Part shown: positions 26,782 through 34,743 of the stretch, in pieces
Numbering within the stretch: the first letter of the stretch is position 1
How the letters are laid out: every line of letters begins with the position of its first letter
Notes under the pieces: generated by a model
The model's database searches: none
What the model saw: only the letters and a program-made list of their open reading frames with translations
Told to the model about the DNA's origin: nothing
Origin: a virus
IMG/VR virus record: IMGVR_UViG_3300025536_000003
Coordinates: 1 to 59,270 of that record
Length of the DNA: 59,270 nucleotides
Direction: 5' to 3' (one strand)
Made by a program: the position numbers and the translations under genes

Positions 26782-27018
26782 TCAGATCTCCGCGAAGTCG
26801 ATCACGTCATCAGTCGGCACCACGCCACCCGCTGCGGTGACCGCCTCGGCTTCGGTGTCGTGCATCGAGACGCGGACATAGCGGTCCACGATCTCGCCCC
26901 GCGCGCCACGCACGGGACACAGGCAGTAGACGTACCAGGCGCGGTCTCGGCTTAGCGTGCCATCGGGCAGGCGTTTCCAGCCGTCTTCCACCCGCACGCG
27001 GTCGGTGATGTCGATCAT
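26782..27018 (-). CDS. Hypothetical protein (78 aa)
   Basis: ORF directly after the portal gene. Confidence 0.55.
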   Translation of the reverse strand: MIDITDRVRVEDGWKRLPDGTLSRDRAWYVYCLCPVRGARGEIVDRYVRVSMHDTEAEAVTAAGGVVPTDDVIDFAEI

Positions 27019-27027
27019 GATGTGCTC

Positions 27028-29391
27028 CTACTGAATTCTGATTTCGCCGAAGCCGACGACCTGCATACCCACAGGGTTGCCCTGCTCGTCGAAGGTGGCG
27101 ACGCGATCGGCCTTGATGAAAGCGGTGATCATGTCGGCTGATTGCGCGATCCGTTCCGCACTGGCACTCGTTGCTGCTACGGCTTCCCGAATGGCCTGGC
27201 CGTTCTGTGCCATGCCCTGAGCGATCTGTTGACCGATGGACTGGAATGCGGCCATGGCCTGTTCCGTACGGGTCATGATGTCTTGATGGGCCTGGAGCAT
27301 CTGACCGACTTCTTGTCCGGCCTGCTGTTCGACACCGGTACGCATATCGTCGACGCTCTTCTCCAGAGCCATGACGCGCTTGTCGTAGTCGAGTGCGGCC
27401 TTCTCGCGCTTCAATTCGTCGGCCTGTTTGTTCATGGCCTGTTCGACCTTGGCTCTGTCGGCATCCATCTTGGCTTTGGTCAATTCGACCTGCGCCTTCT
27501 CCAGTTCCGGCATGGCTTGCTGAAGCTGGGCCTGCAACTGCTGGATCATCATGTCCATCTGCTGCATCTGCTGCTCGACGTGGGCGGGTAACGGTTCTTC
27601 GCCACTGGTCTTGGCATCTTCGGCGGCCCTGATCTCCGGCGGTAACAGGTACTTCAGGCGCTCTGAGAACTGCTTGGCAAGCGGCCAGTCCTGCATCTGC
27701 GCGATGAGGTCGCCGGTCAGTGCACCGGCCGCAGGAACCGCGGTGATGAAGCGTTCCATCTGATCGGACACTTCCTGTCGCAGCGTGGTGTAACTGGGGC
27801 CGATGTCCACGGAGACTTCGAAGTTGCAGATCGAGAGGTCGTTCAGCTTGACCATCTGCCCGGTCTGCTCGTCTCGTATCTCCTGATTCACGATCAGGCT
27901 GACTTCGGACTCGTCGGCATTCAGCATCCTTGCGGCACGGCGGGTATCCAGGATCTTCGGGATGAGATCTGAGACGACCTTGGCCTCGTAGTTCAGCGAA
28001 CGGCCCATGTTGTCGATGAACGGGAACGACATGACGTCACTTTCCCGCTGACGCGCCATGATGGCCTTGCCTGAAGTCTCGTTCGATCGATTCCCGACAC
28101 CAGCGTCGTACATTCCAACAGCACCCTTGATGTCTTCCCGGGCTTGATTCGCTTCCTGCAACATCCCCGTCGCGGCCTGCTGTGGGAACTGTCGCTGCGG
28201 TGGGTTGGGATTGACGCTGTCGTCGTAGGGCAGGAAGGCGTGCGTCATGTAGTTCGCCGTCTTCCACAGTCCCTGGTAGTCGCCGAGTTGGCTGGCACCG
28301 ATGATGAACGGCACCTTGGGCTCGAGGGCTATACGTTCGATTCCAGCGGTGCGCATGTAGTCGACCATGCGCTGGGCGTCATGGGCGTAACGGATGAGGC
28401 TGCGGTAGCGGATACGGCCACCACCGCTGTTCTGCTCCTTGCCCCAGACCGAGACGATCGGAATGTAACGCCCCGGATAGTCGGTCTGACGTTCCAAGAT
28501 TTCTAGACCGGTGGCCTTGTACCACTCGACCTTGTGATCCTGGATGGTGCGGTCCTTGACGACCGTGATCCCTTGAGTCTTGAGTTCGTCGGCGATCGGT
28601 TCCAACTGATCGGCGTCGACCACTCGGCCATCGGAGAGCAGGACAATCGTTCGACTGACCGGGACCTTGCGGAAATACTCACCGACTCTGACAGTGTCTC
28701 CGGCAAACCAGTCCTGCAGATGGGTCGGTACCGGGAGATCAGCGGCAGACATCGCACCAGGAAAGTCCCGCTCGAATGACTTCCTGGGCATCGTGACAAC
28801 GATCTGGCACCACCATGCATTCTCTCGGCTGTACGAATAGTCGGAGGGATCCCAGTAGACGGAGAACTGATCGGTGATCCGGTGATACTTGATGACCTGA
28901 TCGAAGCCGGTCTTCGAATACTCGGTGACGATACGGTAATGTCCGAAACCGGAGGACACGGCCTGTTCGAACGCCATGTCGCGGGCTTCTTTCGCGCCCC
29001 CATCACGGACCGTGGCGCGGATGAGACCGGCATAGGCTTCGTGGGCTTCGACTTTCTGGCCCTGCTCCGTGACGAACTCACGGGGTGCCATCTGGCCCTC
29101 ACCGGGACGGGCGATGATCTCGGCGCGGTTCTGTCGCCAGTCGCCGATGACCTGATCCGTATACTGGTTCAGCAGCGGGAACTGCATGCAGGGACGACCA
29201 TCTGCCTCACGCTGCTGCCTGTCCGCTTCTGACCAGGTGTTGCCGGCGAGGATGGCGAGGTCTTTCTCCGCGGCTTCGCGGTTCTCCCGCTCGAACTCAT
29301 AGGCGAGCTCGTAGTTGTCGAGCATCTCCTGAATGATTTCAGCGTCGCCCGCGAGCGGGGCGTTGGCTTCCTGGGTCTCAGTCGCCACCAC
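27028..29391 (-). CDS. Portal protein, P22-like with a long C-terminal coiled-coil barrel (787 aa)
   Basis: Size and position after terL fit a portal. The Gln-rich C-terminal helix is QQMQQMDMMIQQLQAQLQQAMPELEKAQVELTKAKMD. Start set to GTG 29391 after GGAG; the track start at 29445 is also GTG. Confidence 0.8.
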   Translation of the reverse strand: MVATETQEANAPLAGDAEIIQEMLDNYELAYEFERENREAAEKDLAILAGNTWSEADRQQREADGRPCMQFPLLNQYTDQVIGDWRQNRAEIIARPGEGQMAPREFVTEQGQKVEAHEAYAGLIRATVRDGGAKEARDMAFEQAVSSGFGHYRIVTEYSKTGFDQVIKYHRITDQFSVYWDPSDYSYSRENAWWCQIVVTMPRKSFERDFPGAMSAADLPVPTHLQDWFAGDTVRVGEYFRKVPVSRTIVLLSDGRVVDADQLEPIADELKTQGITVVKDRTIQDHKVEWYKATGLEILERQTDYPGRYIPIVSVWGKEQNSGGGRIRYRSLIRYAHDAQRMVDYMRTAGIERIALEPKVPFIIGASQLGDYQGLWKTANYMTHAFLPYDDSVNPNPPQRQFPQQAATGMLQEANQAREDIKGAVGMYDAGVGNRSNETSGKAIMARQRESDVMSFPFIDNMGRSLNYEAKVVSDLIPKILDTRRAARMLNADESEVSLIVNQEIRDEQTGQMVKLNDLSICNFEVSVDIGPSYTTLRQEVSDQMERFITAVPAAGALTGDLIAQMQDWPLAKQFSERLKYLLPPEIRAAEDAKTSGEEPLPAHVEQQMQQMDMMIQQLQAQLQQAMPELEKAQVELTKAKMDADRAKVEQAMNKQADELKREKAALDYDKRVMALEKSVDDMRTGVEQQAGQEVGQMLQAHQDIMTRTEQAMAAFQSIGQQIAQGMAQNGQAIREAVAATSASAERIAQSADMITAFIKADRVATFDEQGNPVGMQVVGFGEIRIQ

Positions 29392-29554
29392 TCTGCTCCA
29401 TGATGGTCTTGTCGCACGCTGCGCAGGCGATCCGAATGGCGCCACGACGGCCGGCGGGATGGGCTTGCGTCATGTAGATGCGGAACAGTTCGCCGTGGCA
29501 ATCCGCACAGGCCGTGGGCTTGACCGGTTTCGGCATTGCGACGACGTTGTTCAT
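29378..29554 (-). CDS. Small zinc-ribbon protein between terL and portal (58 aa), not in the ORF track
   Basis: The ATG at 29554 overlaps the terL stop as ATGA. Translation: MNNVVAMPKPVKPTACADCHGELFRIYMTQAHPAGRRGAIRIACAACDKTIMEQSGGD. Confidence 0.5.
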   Translation of the reverse strand: MNNVVAMPKPVKPTACADCHGELFRIYMTQAHPAGRRGAIRIACAACDKTIMEQSGGD

Positions 29555-31080
29555 GCAGCCATCCAGCTTGATCCGCTCGGCCCGCGGCCGGCGGTGGTTT
29601 TGAGTTTCGTTTTCTCGATCATGGGAAACTTCAGCAATCGCTGTTCCTCGAGGTCTTCGAGGCGCGACAGCATGTCGAGGAAGTCGTCATAGGGCGCCAC
29701 CGGGAAGCCTTTCACTTCTTGATCGATGACGTTGGCCATGAGGTCGTAGCGCGTACCATCAGCGGCGGTGCGCATCAGTTGCGTCGGGAACCACAGCCCA
29801 CCGCGCTCGAGGCGCGGGATAACGCGCCGGATGCGGTCTTCCTTGCGCAGGCTGCCGCCCAGCTCGATGAGCCGGAACCGGTACTGATCGCGTTCCATCC
29901 GGTCTTGGATGTGCGCGCTGTCCGACTGCATGCCGTACTGCTCATAGCCGACGAGCTGCGGCTTGTACTTCGCGACCCACTCGAACAGGATGTCGGTGCG
30001 CTCGATGAGTCCGATGCGTTCACGGACGCCGTCGAGTAGGTAGACGTTGCCATCGGCACGGGTTTCGAACACACCCATGGCGGTGTTGTCCTTGCGCCCT
30101 TTCCTTCCGGGTTTCCGCTCGCCAGCCGGGTCGACGAGGATGTAGCGCAGGCCCTTGCCGTCGTCTTCGGTCTTGCGATAGCGCTGGAACCAATCGGCTT
30201 TGATCTCACCACCTCCGACCGGCACCGGGTCTTGTTGGTAGAGCGCTGACCACGACCGCACATCACGCTTGGCCTGGTCGCGCATGCCGTCGGTGAACCA
30301 TTCCGGCCACAGCGGCTCGCCCGGTTCCCGACCCAGCGGGTCATCGGACTCGGCCTCCATGCGCAGCTTGACTATTTCCCAGCGCTCGCCGCCGGCTTCC
30401 ATGTCGCGCAGTAGTCGTCCGGCGAGATCATCCTCATGCCAGCGCTGCATGATGAGCACGACCGCGGCACCTGGTTTCAGTCGAGTCCAGAGGTCGTTCA
30501 GATACCACTGGTAGGTCTTCTCGCGTTCGGTCTCGGAGTCCGCCTGTTCTCGTCCTGCAATCGGGTCGTCGATGATGGCGATATCGGCGCGGAAGCCGAC
30601 GATGGCGGCGCCGACACCCGAGGCGAGGTATTCACCGCCGTCCTGCGTCGCCCAGCGCGCGGCGGCCATCGAGTCTGGCGCGAGCCGGGTCTTGAAGATC
30701 TCGGCGTACTCAGCAGCGCCGACGAGGTTACGCACCTTGCGGCCGAACCGCTCGGCCAGGGTAGCTGTGTGCGAAGCGGCGATGATCGAGCGCTTGCCGT
30801 TGCGTCCGATCATCCAGGCCGGCGCCAGAATGCTGGCGTAAGTCGACTTGGCCGACCCGGGCGGCATGAACACCATCAGGCGCTTGATATCACCGCGCTC
30901 GACCGCTTCAAGACGTTCGATCAGGTAACGGTGATGCCGTGCTGGCTGGAATCCTAGACCGACAGCCTCAGTGAACTTGGTCAGGCTTGCTTGTGCTGCC
31001 CGCGTCTTCGCTTCGTTTGCCAGCAGGTACGCTTTCAGCAATTCCGAGCGCGTCAGTGATTGCAGCGCGGAGCTGTTCAT
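29551..31080 (-). CDS. terL: Terminase large subunit (509 aa)
   Basis: Walker A FMPPGSAKST, IIDDP, and a C-terminal nuclease-type region. Follows terS. Confidence 0.85.
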   Translation of the reverse strand: MNSSALQSLTRSELLKAYLLANEAKTRAAQASLTKFTEAVGLGFQPARHHRYLIERLEAVERGDIKRLMVFMPPGSAKSTYASILAPAWMIGRNGKRSIIAASHTATLAERFGRKVRNLVGAAEYAEIFKTRLAPDSMAAARWATQDGGEYLASGVGAAIVGFRADIAIIDDPIAGREQADSETEREKTYQWYLNDLWTRLKPGAAVVLIMQRWHEDDLAGRLLRDMEAGGERWEIVKLRMEAESDDPLGREPGEPLWPEWFTDGMRDQAKRDVRSWSALYQQDPVPVGGGEIKADWFQRYRKTEDDGKGLRYILVDPAGERKPGRKGRKDNTAMGVFETRADGNVYLLDGVRERIGLIERTDILFEWVAKYKPQLVGYEQYGMQSDSAHIQDRMERDQYRFRLIELGGSLRKEDRIRRVIPRLERGGLWFPTQLMRTAADGTRYDLMANVIDQEVKGFPVAPYDDFLDMLSRLEDLEEQRLLKFPMIEKTKLKTTAGRGPSGSSWMAA

Positions 31081-31576
31081 CGGTCAGTGACTCGTGCGGG
31101 CGTTTCTGCGCGTTGTCTTTCTCATACAGACCCATGTGTTTCATCAGCATGTCGAGTGCCGCTGCCTTGGGCCAAGCGCGCACCTTGGTGACGTACTTCA
31201 GTCCTTCTTCGCCGCCGATACTGGTCACTTCGACGCTGGCGATCGCCGACGCGATGCCGTCCGGCCATTCGTGAATCGGCTTCAGATTCATGTGTTCGTC
31301 GAAGATCTGGCGCAGGTCTGAGAGGGCTACGCGGGCGGCTTCCTCGAGCACTCTTGCGGTGCTCACTTCGGCGCGTTTGACGGTCTTTTCCGCTGCCGCC
31401 GCAATCCTTGCAGCGACTTTGCTGTTTTTCAGTATCCGACAGGCCGCTTCACTGACCGTCTTAGAAGTCATCCGTTCCGCCTTGTAAGCGGCGCGGTAAG
31501 CGGCTGATGCGTTGTTGCCGTTCTTCAGGTATTCGGCGACGAACCGTTCCTGTTTAGGCGTCAGTTTCCTGGCCAT
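30968..31576 (-). CDS. terS: Terminase small subunit (202 aa)
   Basis: MARKLTPKQERFVAEYLKNGNNASAAYRAAYK is the typical Terminase_2 N-terminus. Overlaps the terL start by 113 nt. Confidence 0.8.
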   Translation of the reverse strand: MARKLTPKQERFVAEYLKNGNNASAAYRAAYKAERMTSKTVSEAACRILKNSKVAARIAAAAEKTVKRAEVSTARVLEEAARVALSDLRQIFDEHMNLKPIHEWPDGIASAIASVEVTSIGGEEGLKYVTKVRAWPKAAALDMLMKHMGLYEKDNAQKRPHESLTDEQLRAAITDALGIAESVPAGKRSEDAGSTSKPDQVH

Positions 31577-31577
31577 T

Positions 31578-31865
31578 TCAATACGACCTACACTCGCCCC
31601 AGGCTTGCCGACCCGTCAGGCCGGCGTCGATCCAATTACGGGCACTGAGGACGTAGCGCTGCACGACCTGGTCGGCTTCTCTCATCCAGGTGTCCCATTC
31701 CCGCTGCGCGGCCGGCAGCGCTTCGATCCTTTCCACGAGACGGGCCCACGTCGGGCATTCGCTCGAGTAATTGCGGGCGTAACCGTCGGCACGGGCCGCC
31801 CAGGCCACCGTCAGCACGGCCATCGCGACCAGCGTCAGGATGACGATGTAGTCAGTCCGGTTCAC
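31578..31865 (-). CDS. Small exported/membrane protein (95 aa)
   Basis: GTG start. N-terminal hydrophobic segment YIVILTLVAMAVLTVAWAA. Confidence 0.5.
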   Translation of the reverse strand: MNRTDYIVILTLVAMAVLTVAWAARADGYARNYSSECPTWARLVERIEALPAAQREWDTWMREADQVVQRYVLSARNWIDAGLTGRQAWGECRSY

Positions 31866-32154
31866 GACGCTTTACCACGCGAGTGATTTCGCCGCCGTTG
31901 ATGGCGCTGACCAGATCATCGGTTGCCACGGTCAGCAGCCCGAGTGAGCGGAGCGGATCACCGTCGCGGCCTGTCAATCGGACGTCGCAACCGTAATCCT
32001 GATGGCTACCGACCCAATCGATGATGACGATGCACGCCTTCGCGCCCTCTTCGTCTCGCTCTATCTCGTCAGCAATCTGTCGCAGCAGCGCCGGCACGTC
32101 GCTGAGCGGAGCCGTGTAGGGGCTGGGGCAAAGTTTCACCACAGCCCCATCCAT
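31852..32154 (-). CDS. Hypothetical protein (100 aa)
   Basis: ORF with an ATG start. Confidence 0.55.
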   Translation of the reverse strand: MDGAVVKLCPSPYTAPLSDVPALLRQIADEIERDEEGAKACIVIIDWVGSHQDYGCDVRLTGRDGDPLRSLGLLTVATDDLVSAINGGEITRVVKRREPD

Positions 32155-32372
32155 GGCCGCAGCGTCTGCTTCAATTCGGCGAACGCGGCATCCACGATAC
32201 CCAGGCGTTCAGGCATTTCCATGGTCGCCACCAGTCGGCCGGCAAAGCGGCCTGTAATCGGCGAGAGTCGAATGAAGCCCTTGTGCTGCATGAACTGCCA
32301 GAATAGTTCAGGGCCAACCAGGAACGGTCCGTTGCCATGGATCAGGCTTGTCCATACTGCAGATGGAATCAT
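32136..32372 (-). CDS. Hypothetical protein (78 aa)
   Basis: Start moved to ATG 32372, ATGA-coupled to the o-spanin stop. Confidence 0.5.
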   Translation of the reverse strand: MIPSAVWTSLIHGNGPFLVGPELFWQFMQHKGFIRLSPITGRFAGRLVATMEMPERLGIVDAAFAELKQTLRPWMGLW

Positions 32373-32698
32373 TGCATCGCCCACGCTCGCCACAGCGCCT
32401 CGCGTTCACGCAGAGCCCGATAGCCGTCGATGATCATCTCGACGCCGGCACGCGTGATCCCGTAATCACCCTCGCCCACCGGTAGCAGGGTCGGCGTTTC
32501 CAACGCGAGCGGTGCAGTCAGCTCGGCCGGCGGGCCTGGTAGGACCGGCTCAGGACAGATCAACGGCTCGGCGACGTCGACGAGCACGATCGGATCGGGT
32601 TTCGTTCCGCCGCCGCAGCCGACGAGCATGGACACCGTCGCAATGAACGTGAATTCCCGAATTCTCCCGAATATCCGGGAATATTCCGGAATTCTCAC
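32369..32698 (-). CDS. o-spanin candidate (outer-membrane lipoprotein, 109-aa precursor)
   Basis: GTG 32698. Lipobox SMLVG|C followed by Pro-rich PLICPEPVLPGPPAEL and a C-terminal YRALREREALWRAW. Confidence 0.5.
   Translation of the reverse strand: MRIPEYSRIFGRIREFTFIATVSMLVGCGGGTKPDPIVLVDVAEPLICPEPVLPGPPAELTAPLALETPTLLPVGEGDYGITRAGVEMIIDGYRALREREALWRAWAMQ
32651..32698. repeat. Five helically phased GAAT(T/A)(T)C motifs
   Basis: GAAT starts at 32651, 32659, 32669, 32679 and 32689. The block holds three GAATTC sites and the palindrome GGAATATTCC, forming a locally AT-rich island. Confidence 0.8.
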
Positions 32699-32708
32699 GG
32701 CGCTCGGC

Positions 32709-33020
32709 TCAGCACGGCTCGAACGAGCCGGCACGCAAATAGCCGTGCCAGTTGCATCCACCAGGGTCGGCTCGTTGCAGCGAAGGCGAAAGTGTCATGG
32801 TTTCGAAGTCGTCGCCTTCACGGCGCCACGCGGGCTCACCCACTGCCGGACCGCCATCGGGCGGGTTCTCGAAGTAGATCGCCACGCGTTCGCCCTCGGC
32901 GCCGCACGGGCAATTGAACGTCATGCCAATCTTCGAGCGATACGGTACCGGCTCGCCGTTGCGCGTCACGCCTTCGCCGCCCGTCGATAGCCAGCGCGGA
33001 TTCTGTTCAGTGAGTCGCAT
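32709..33020 (-). CDS. DUF6527-like small Cys-rich protein (103 aa)
   Basis: MTFNCPCG...W.REGDDFETMTLSPSL...GGCNWHGYLRAGSF resembles the CPxCG...W...PTxSPS...C.WHG pattern (recalled, not searched). Confidence 0.4.
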   Translation of the reverse strand: MRLTEQNPRWLSTGGEGVTRNGEPVPYRSKIGMTFNCPCGAEGERVAIYFENPPDGGPAVGEPAWRREGDDFETMTLSPSLQRADPGGCNWHGYLRAGSFEPC

Positions 33021-33031
33021 CGGAATCCCTC

Positions 33032-33418
33032 CTACAAAGCGCGAGCAGCGTCAGCGAGCGCATCGGCCATTTCCTCGGGTGGTGGCACGTCAGGACGGGC
33101 ACGGCGGTCGCGGTCACGTTGTGTCGCCTCAGCTTTCGCCTGCCGTACTTTCGCTTCATCGGCTTTGCGCTTCCGGTCAGCTTCCTCGAGCGCCGTGGCG
33201 AGGGCACGCTGCGCCTGCTGGTAGGCGGTGCGTTCAGCGGTGAGACGGCCATTGATGGCACCGGCGTGCTTGAGTTCGGTCTGCAGCGTGATGACCCGTC
33301 GTCCGAGCTCGTCGACCTTGGCGCGGGTTGCGTCATGTCGGACGCGCTCGAGCACGAGTAACCCAGACATCAGCAGACAGCCGGCGATGGCGGCGATGAG
33401 CGGCTTGCTGAAGATCAT
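33032..33418 (-). CDS. i-spanin candidate (128 aa)
   Basis: Start moved to ATG 33418 (ATGA-coupled). N-terminal TM KPLIAAIAGCLLMSGLLVL, then a coiled coil. Confidence 0.55.
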   Translation of the reverse strand: MIFSKPLIAAIAGCLLMSGLLVLERVRHDATRAKVDELGRRVITLQTELKHAGAINGRLTAERTAYQQAQRALATALEEADRKRKADEAKVRQAKAEATQRDRDRRARPDVPPPEEMADALADAARAL

Positions 33419-33708
33419 CTGAACCACCCCTCGGTGACGGCGTAATGCAGCATGAAGCCAGCCGTCGCCATGCCTGACATACACCCGCAGAAGGCCCCGA
33501 CCACGGCAGACAGCAGGACGTTCTTCACTTCTGTCCTACCGACCACAGCCAGCACCTGAACGAGGCGTTCATCGACGGACTTGAATCGGCCCTCGATACG
33601 ATCCATACGCAAGACGGTCTCGCCGATCATCGCGCTGAGCTGGCCCATGTCGCGATGCTGCTGTGCGGCCGCCGTGTCTCGCGCCTGCTGCGTAATGGGA
33701 TCCGTCAT
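33415..33708 (-). CDS. Lysis-cassette membrane protein (97 aa, C-terminal TM); holin/antiholin-type candidate
   Basis: C-terminal NVLLSAVVGAFCGCMSGMATAGFML. Lies between the holin-like gene and the spanin. Confidence 0.4.
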   Translation of the reverse strand: MTDPITQQARDTAAAQQHRDMGQLSAMIGETVLRMDRIEGRFKSVDERLVQVLAVVGRTEVKNVLLSAVVGAFCGCMSGMATAGFMLHYAVTEGWFR

Positions 33709-34115
33709 AGCCGCGTCATCTCCCCTGTGTTATCGCCGTCCTCAGCGCGTCGATTGCGGGCGACCTTGAACACATCTGCCGATTCGTGACAGCCCCGCCA
33801 GCGCAGCACGGCTATCCAGAGATCAGCCACGACCGGCGCGGCCAGGCCGGCCGCTACGGCATGCACTGCGGCCTGCTCACCGGGCAGACCCCAGAGATAA
33901 CCGACCAACAACTGCATCGGCGCGCCGACAAGGAATGCCAGCGCGCGCACCTGTAGCCGGGTCAACTCCCGTTTGCGTGTATAAGATCGGTCCAGCCGAG
34001 CCGCACGCACCTGAGAGATCGCGAACAGACAGGTGAACGTGTAGGACACGGCGACGAACAGCGGGATCCCCCATTCCGCTTTGACCCGCGCCGCGATGTC
34101 CAGCCACTCGTTCAT
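33705..34115 (-). CDS. Holin-like protein, three predicted TM segments (136 aa)
   Basis: Hydrophobic stretches IPLFVAVSYTFTCLFAI, ALAFLVGAPMQLLVGYLWGL and AGLAAPVVADLWIAVL, with a charged C-terminus. Coupled to the endolysin gene. Confidence 0.55.
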   Translation of the reverse strand: MNEWLDIAARVKAEWGIPLFVAVSYTFTCLFAISQVRAARLDRSYTRKRELTRLQVRALAFLVGAPMQLLVGYLWGLPGEQAAVHAVAAGLAAPVVADLWIAVLRWRGCHESADVFKVARNRRAEDGDNTGEMTRL

Positions 34116-34579
34116 CCGTACACGCTCGTCGGCAGCTCGAAGTGCGGCCCGTCAATCAGCGCCCGTCGTCCTTGCGCGCGACGATCAGCCCCGTACTTCT
34201 GCACGCGGTCGTGAATGGCGTCAGCGCTCGCCGGCAGTGTCGACAGCAGCGCCCAGCACCCGCCCCAGCGCACCGGGACGTCCTCCTGTAGCGCGGCACG
34301 TTTGAAGGCGAGCGCGATCTCGCAGTACAGCGGCAGCTCCCACGACCCGCGAGGACCGACGTAGGCCATCACGTCAATCGCATGACCGGACTGATGACGC
34401 GAGACCTGGACGGTTGAGGCGCCGGCCGCGAGCAGTTGCGCCTGGCGGGCGGCAGTGCGTAGACCTTCGATGACGCCGAAGTCGATGTTCGTCAGCGCCA
34501 AGGCACGATGCGCCACGCGCACCAGGTCGGGGTGGACGCCCTGCAGATTCCGCGATGACCGAGCGCTGAATCGGTACAT
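34112..34579 (-). CDS. Endolysin, peptidase M15 (VanY / L-Ala-D-Glu endopeptidase-like), 155 aa
   Basis: SRHQSGHAIDV and DGPHFE zinc-ligand motifs. Confidence 0.75.
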   Translation of the reverse strand: MYRFSARSSRNLQGVHPDLVRVAHRALALTNIDFGVIEGLRTAARQAQLLAAGASTVQVSRHQSGHAIDVMAYVGPRGSWELPLYCEIALAFKRAALQEDVPVRWGGCWALLSTLPASADAIHDRVQKYGADRRAQGRRALIDGPHFELPTSVYG

Positions 34580-34594
34580 GGCGGCCTCCGGTGT

Positions 34595-34671
34595 TGGTAG
34601 CGCGGGCCGGACTCGAACCGGCGACCTTCTGGTTATGAGCCAGACGAGCTAAGCCACTGCTCTACCGCGCA
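34595..34671 (-). tRNA. tRNA with CAT anticodon (Met, or Ile2 if lysidinylated), CCA encoded, T1/T72 mismatch
   Basis: TGCGCGG-TA-GAGC-AGTGGCTTA-GCTC-G-TCTGG-CTCATAA-CCAGA-AGGTC-GCCGG-TTCGAGT-CCGGC-CCGCGCT-A-CCA. Confidence 0.8.
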
Positions 34672-34690
34672 ATTGAAAGGGCCAGACACG

Positions 34691-34715
34691 AAAAAGCCCG
34701 CGCGAGGGCGGGCTT
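34691..34715 (-). terminator. tR'-like intrinsic terminator just downstream of the late promoter
   Basis: Minus strand AAGCCCGC-CCTCGC-GCGGGCTTTTT. Confidence 0.7.
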
Positions 34716-34743
34716 CGGTGTCACGTCTGGGAACTTGCCTGAA

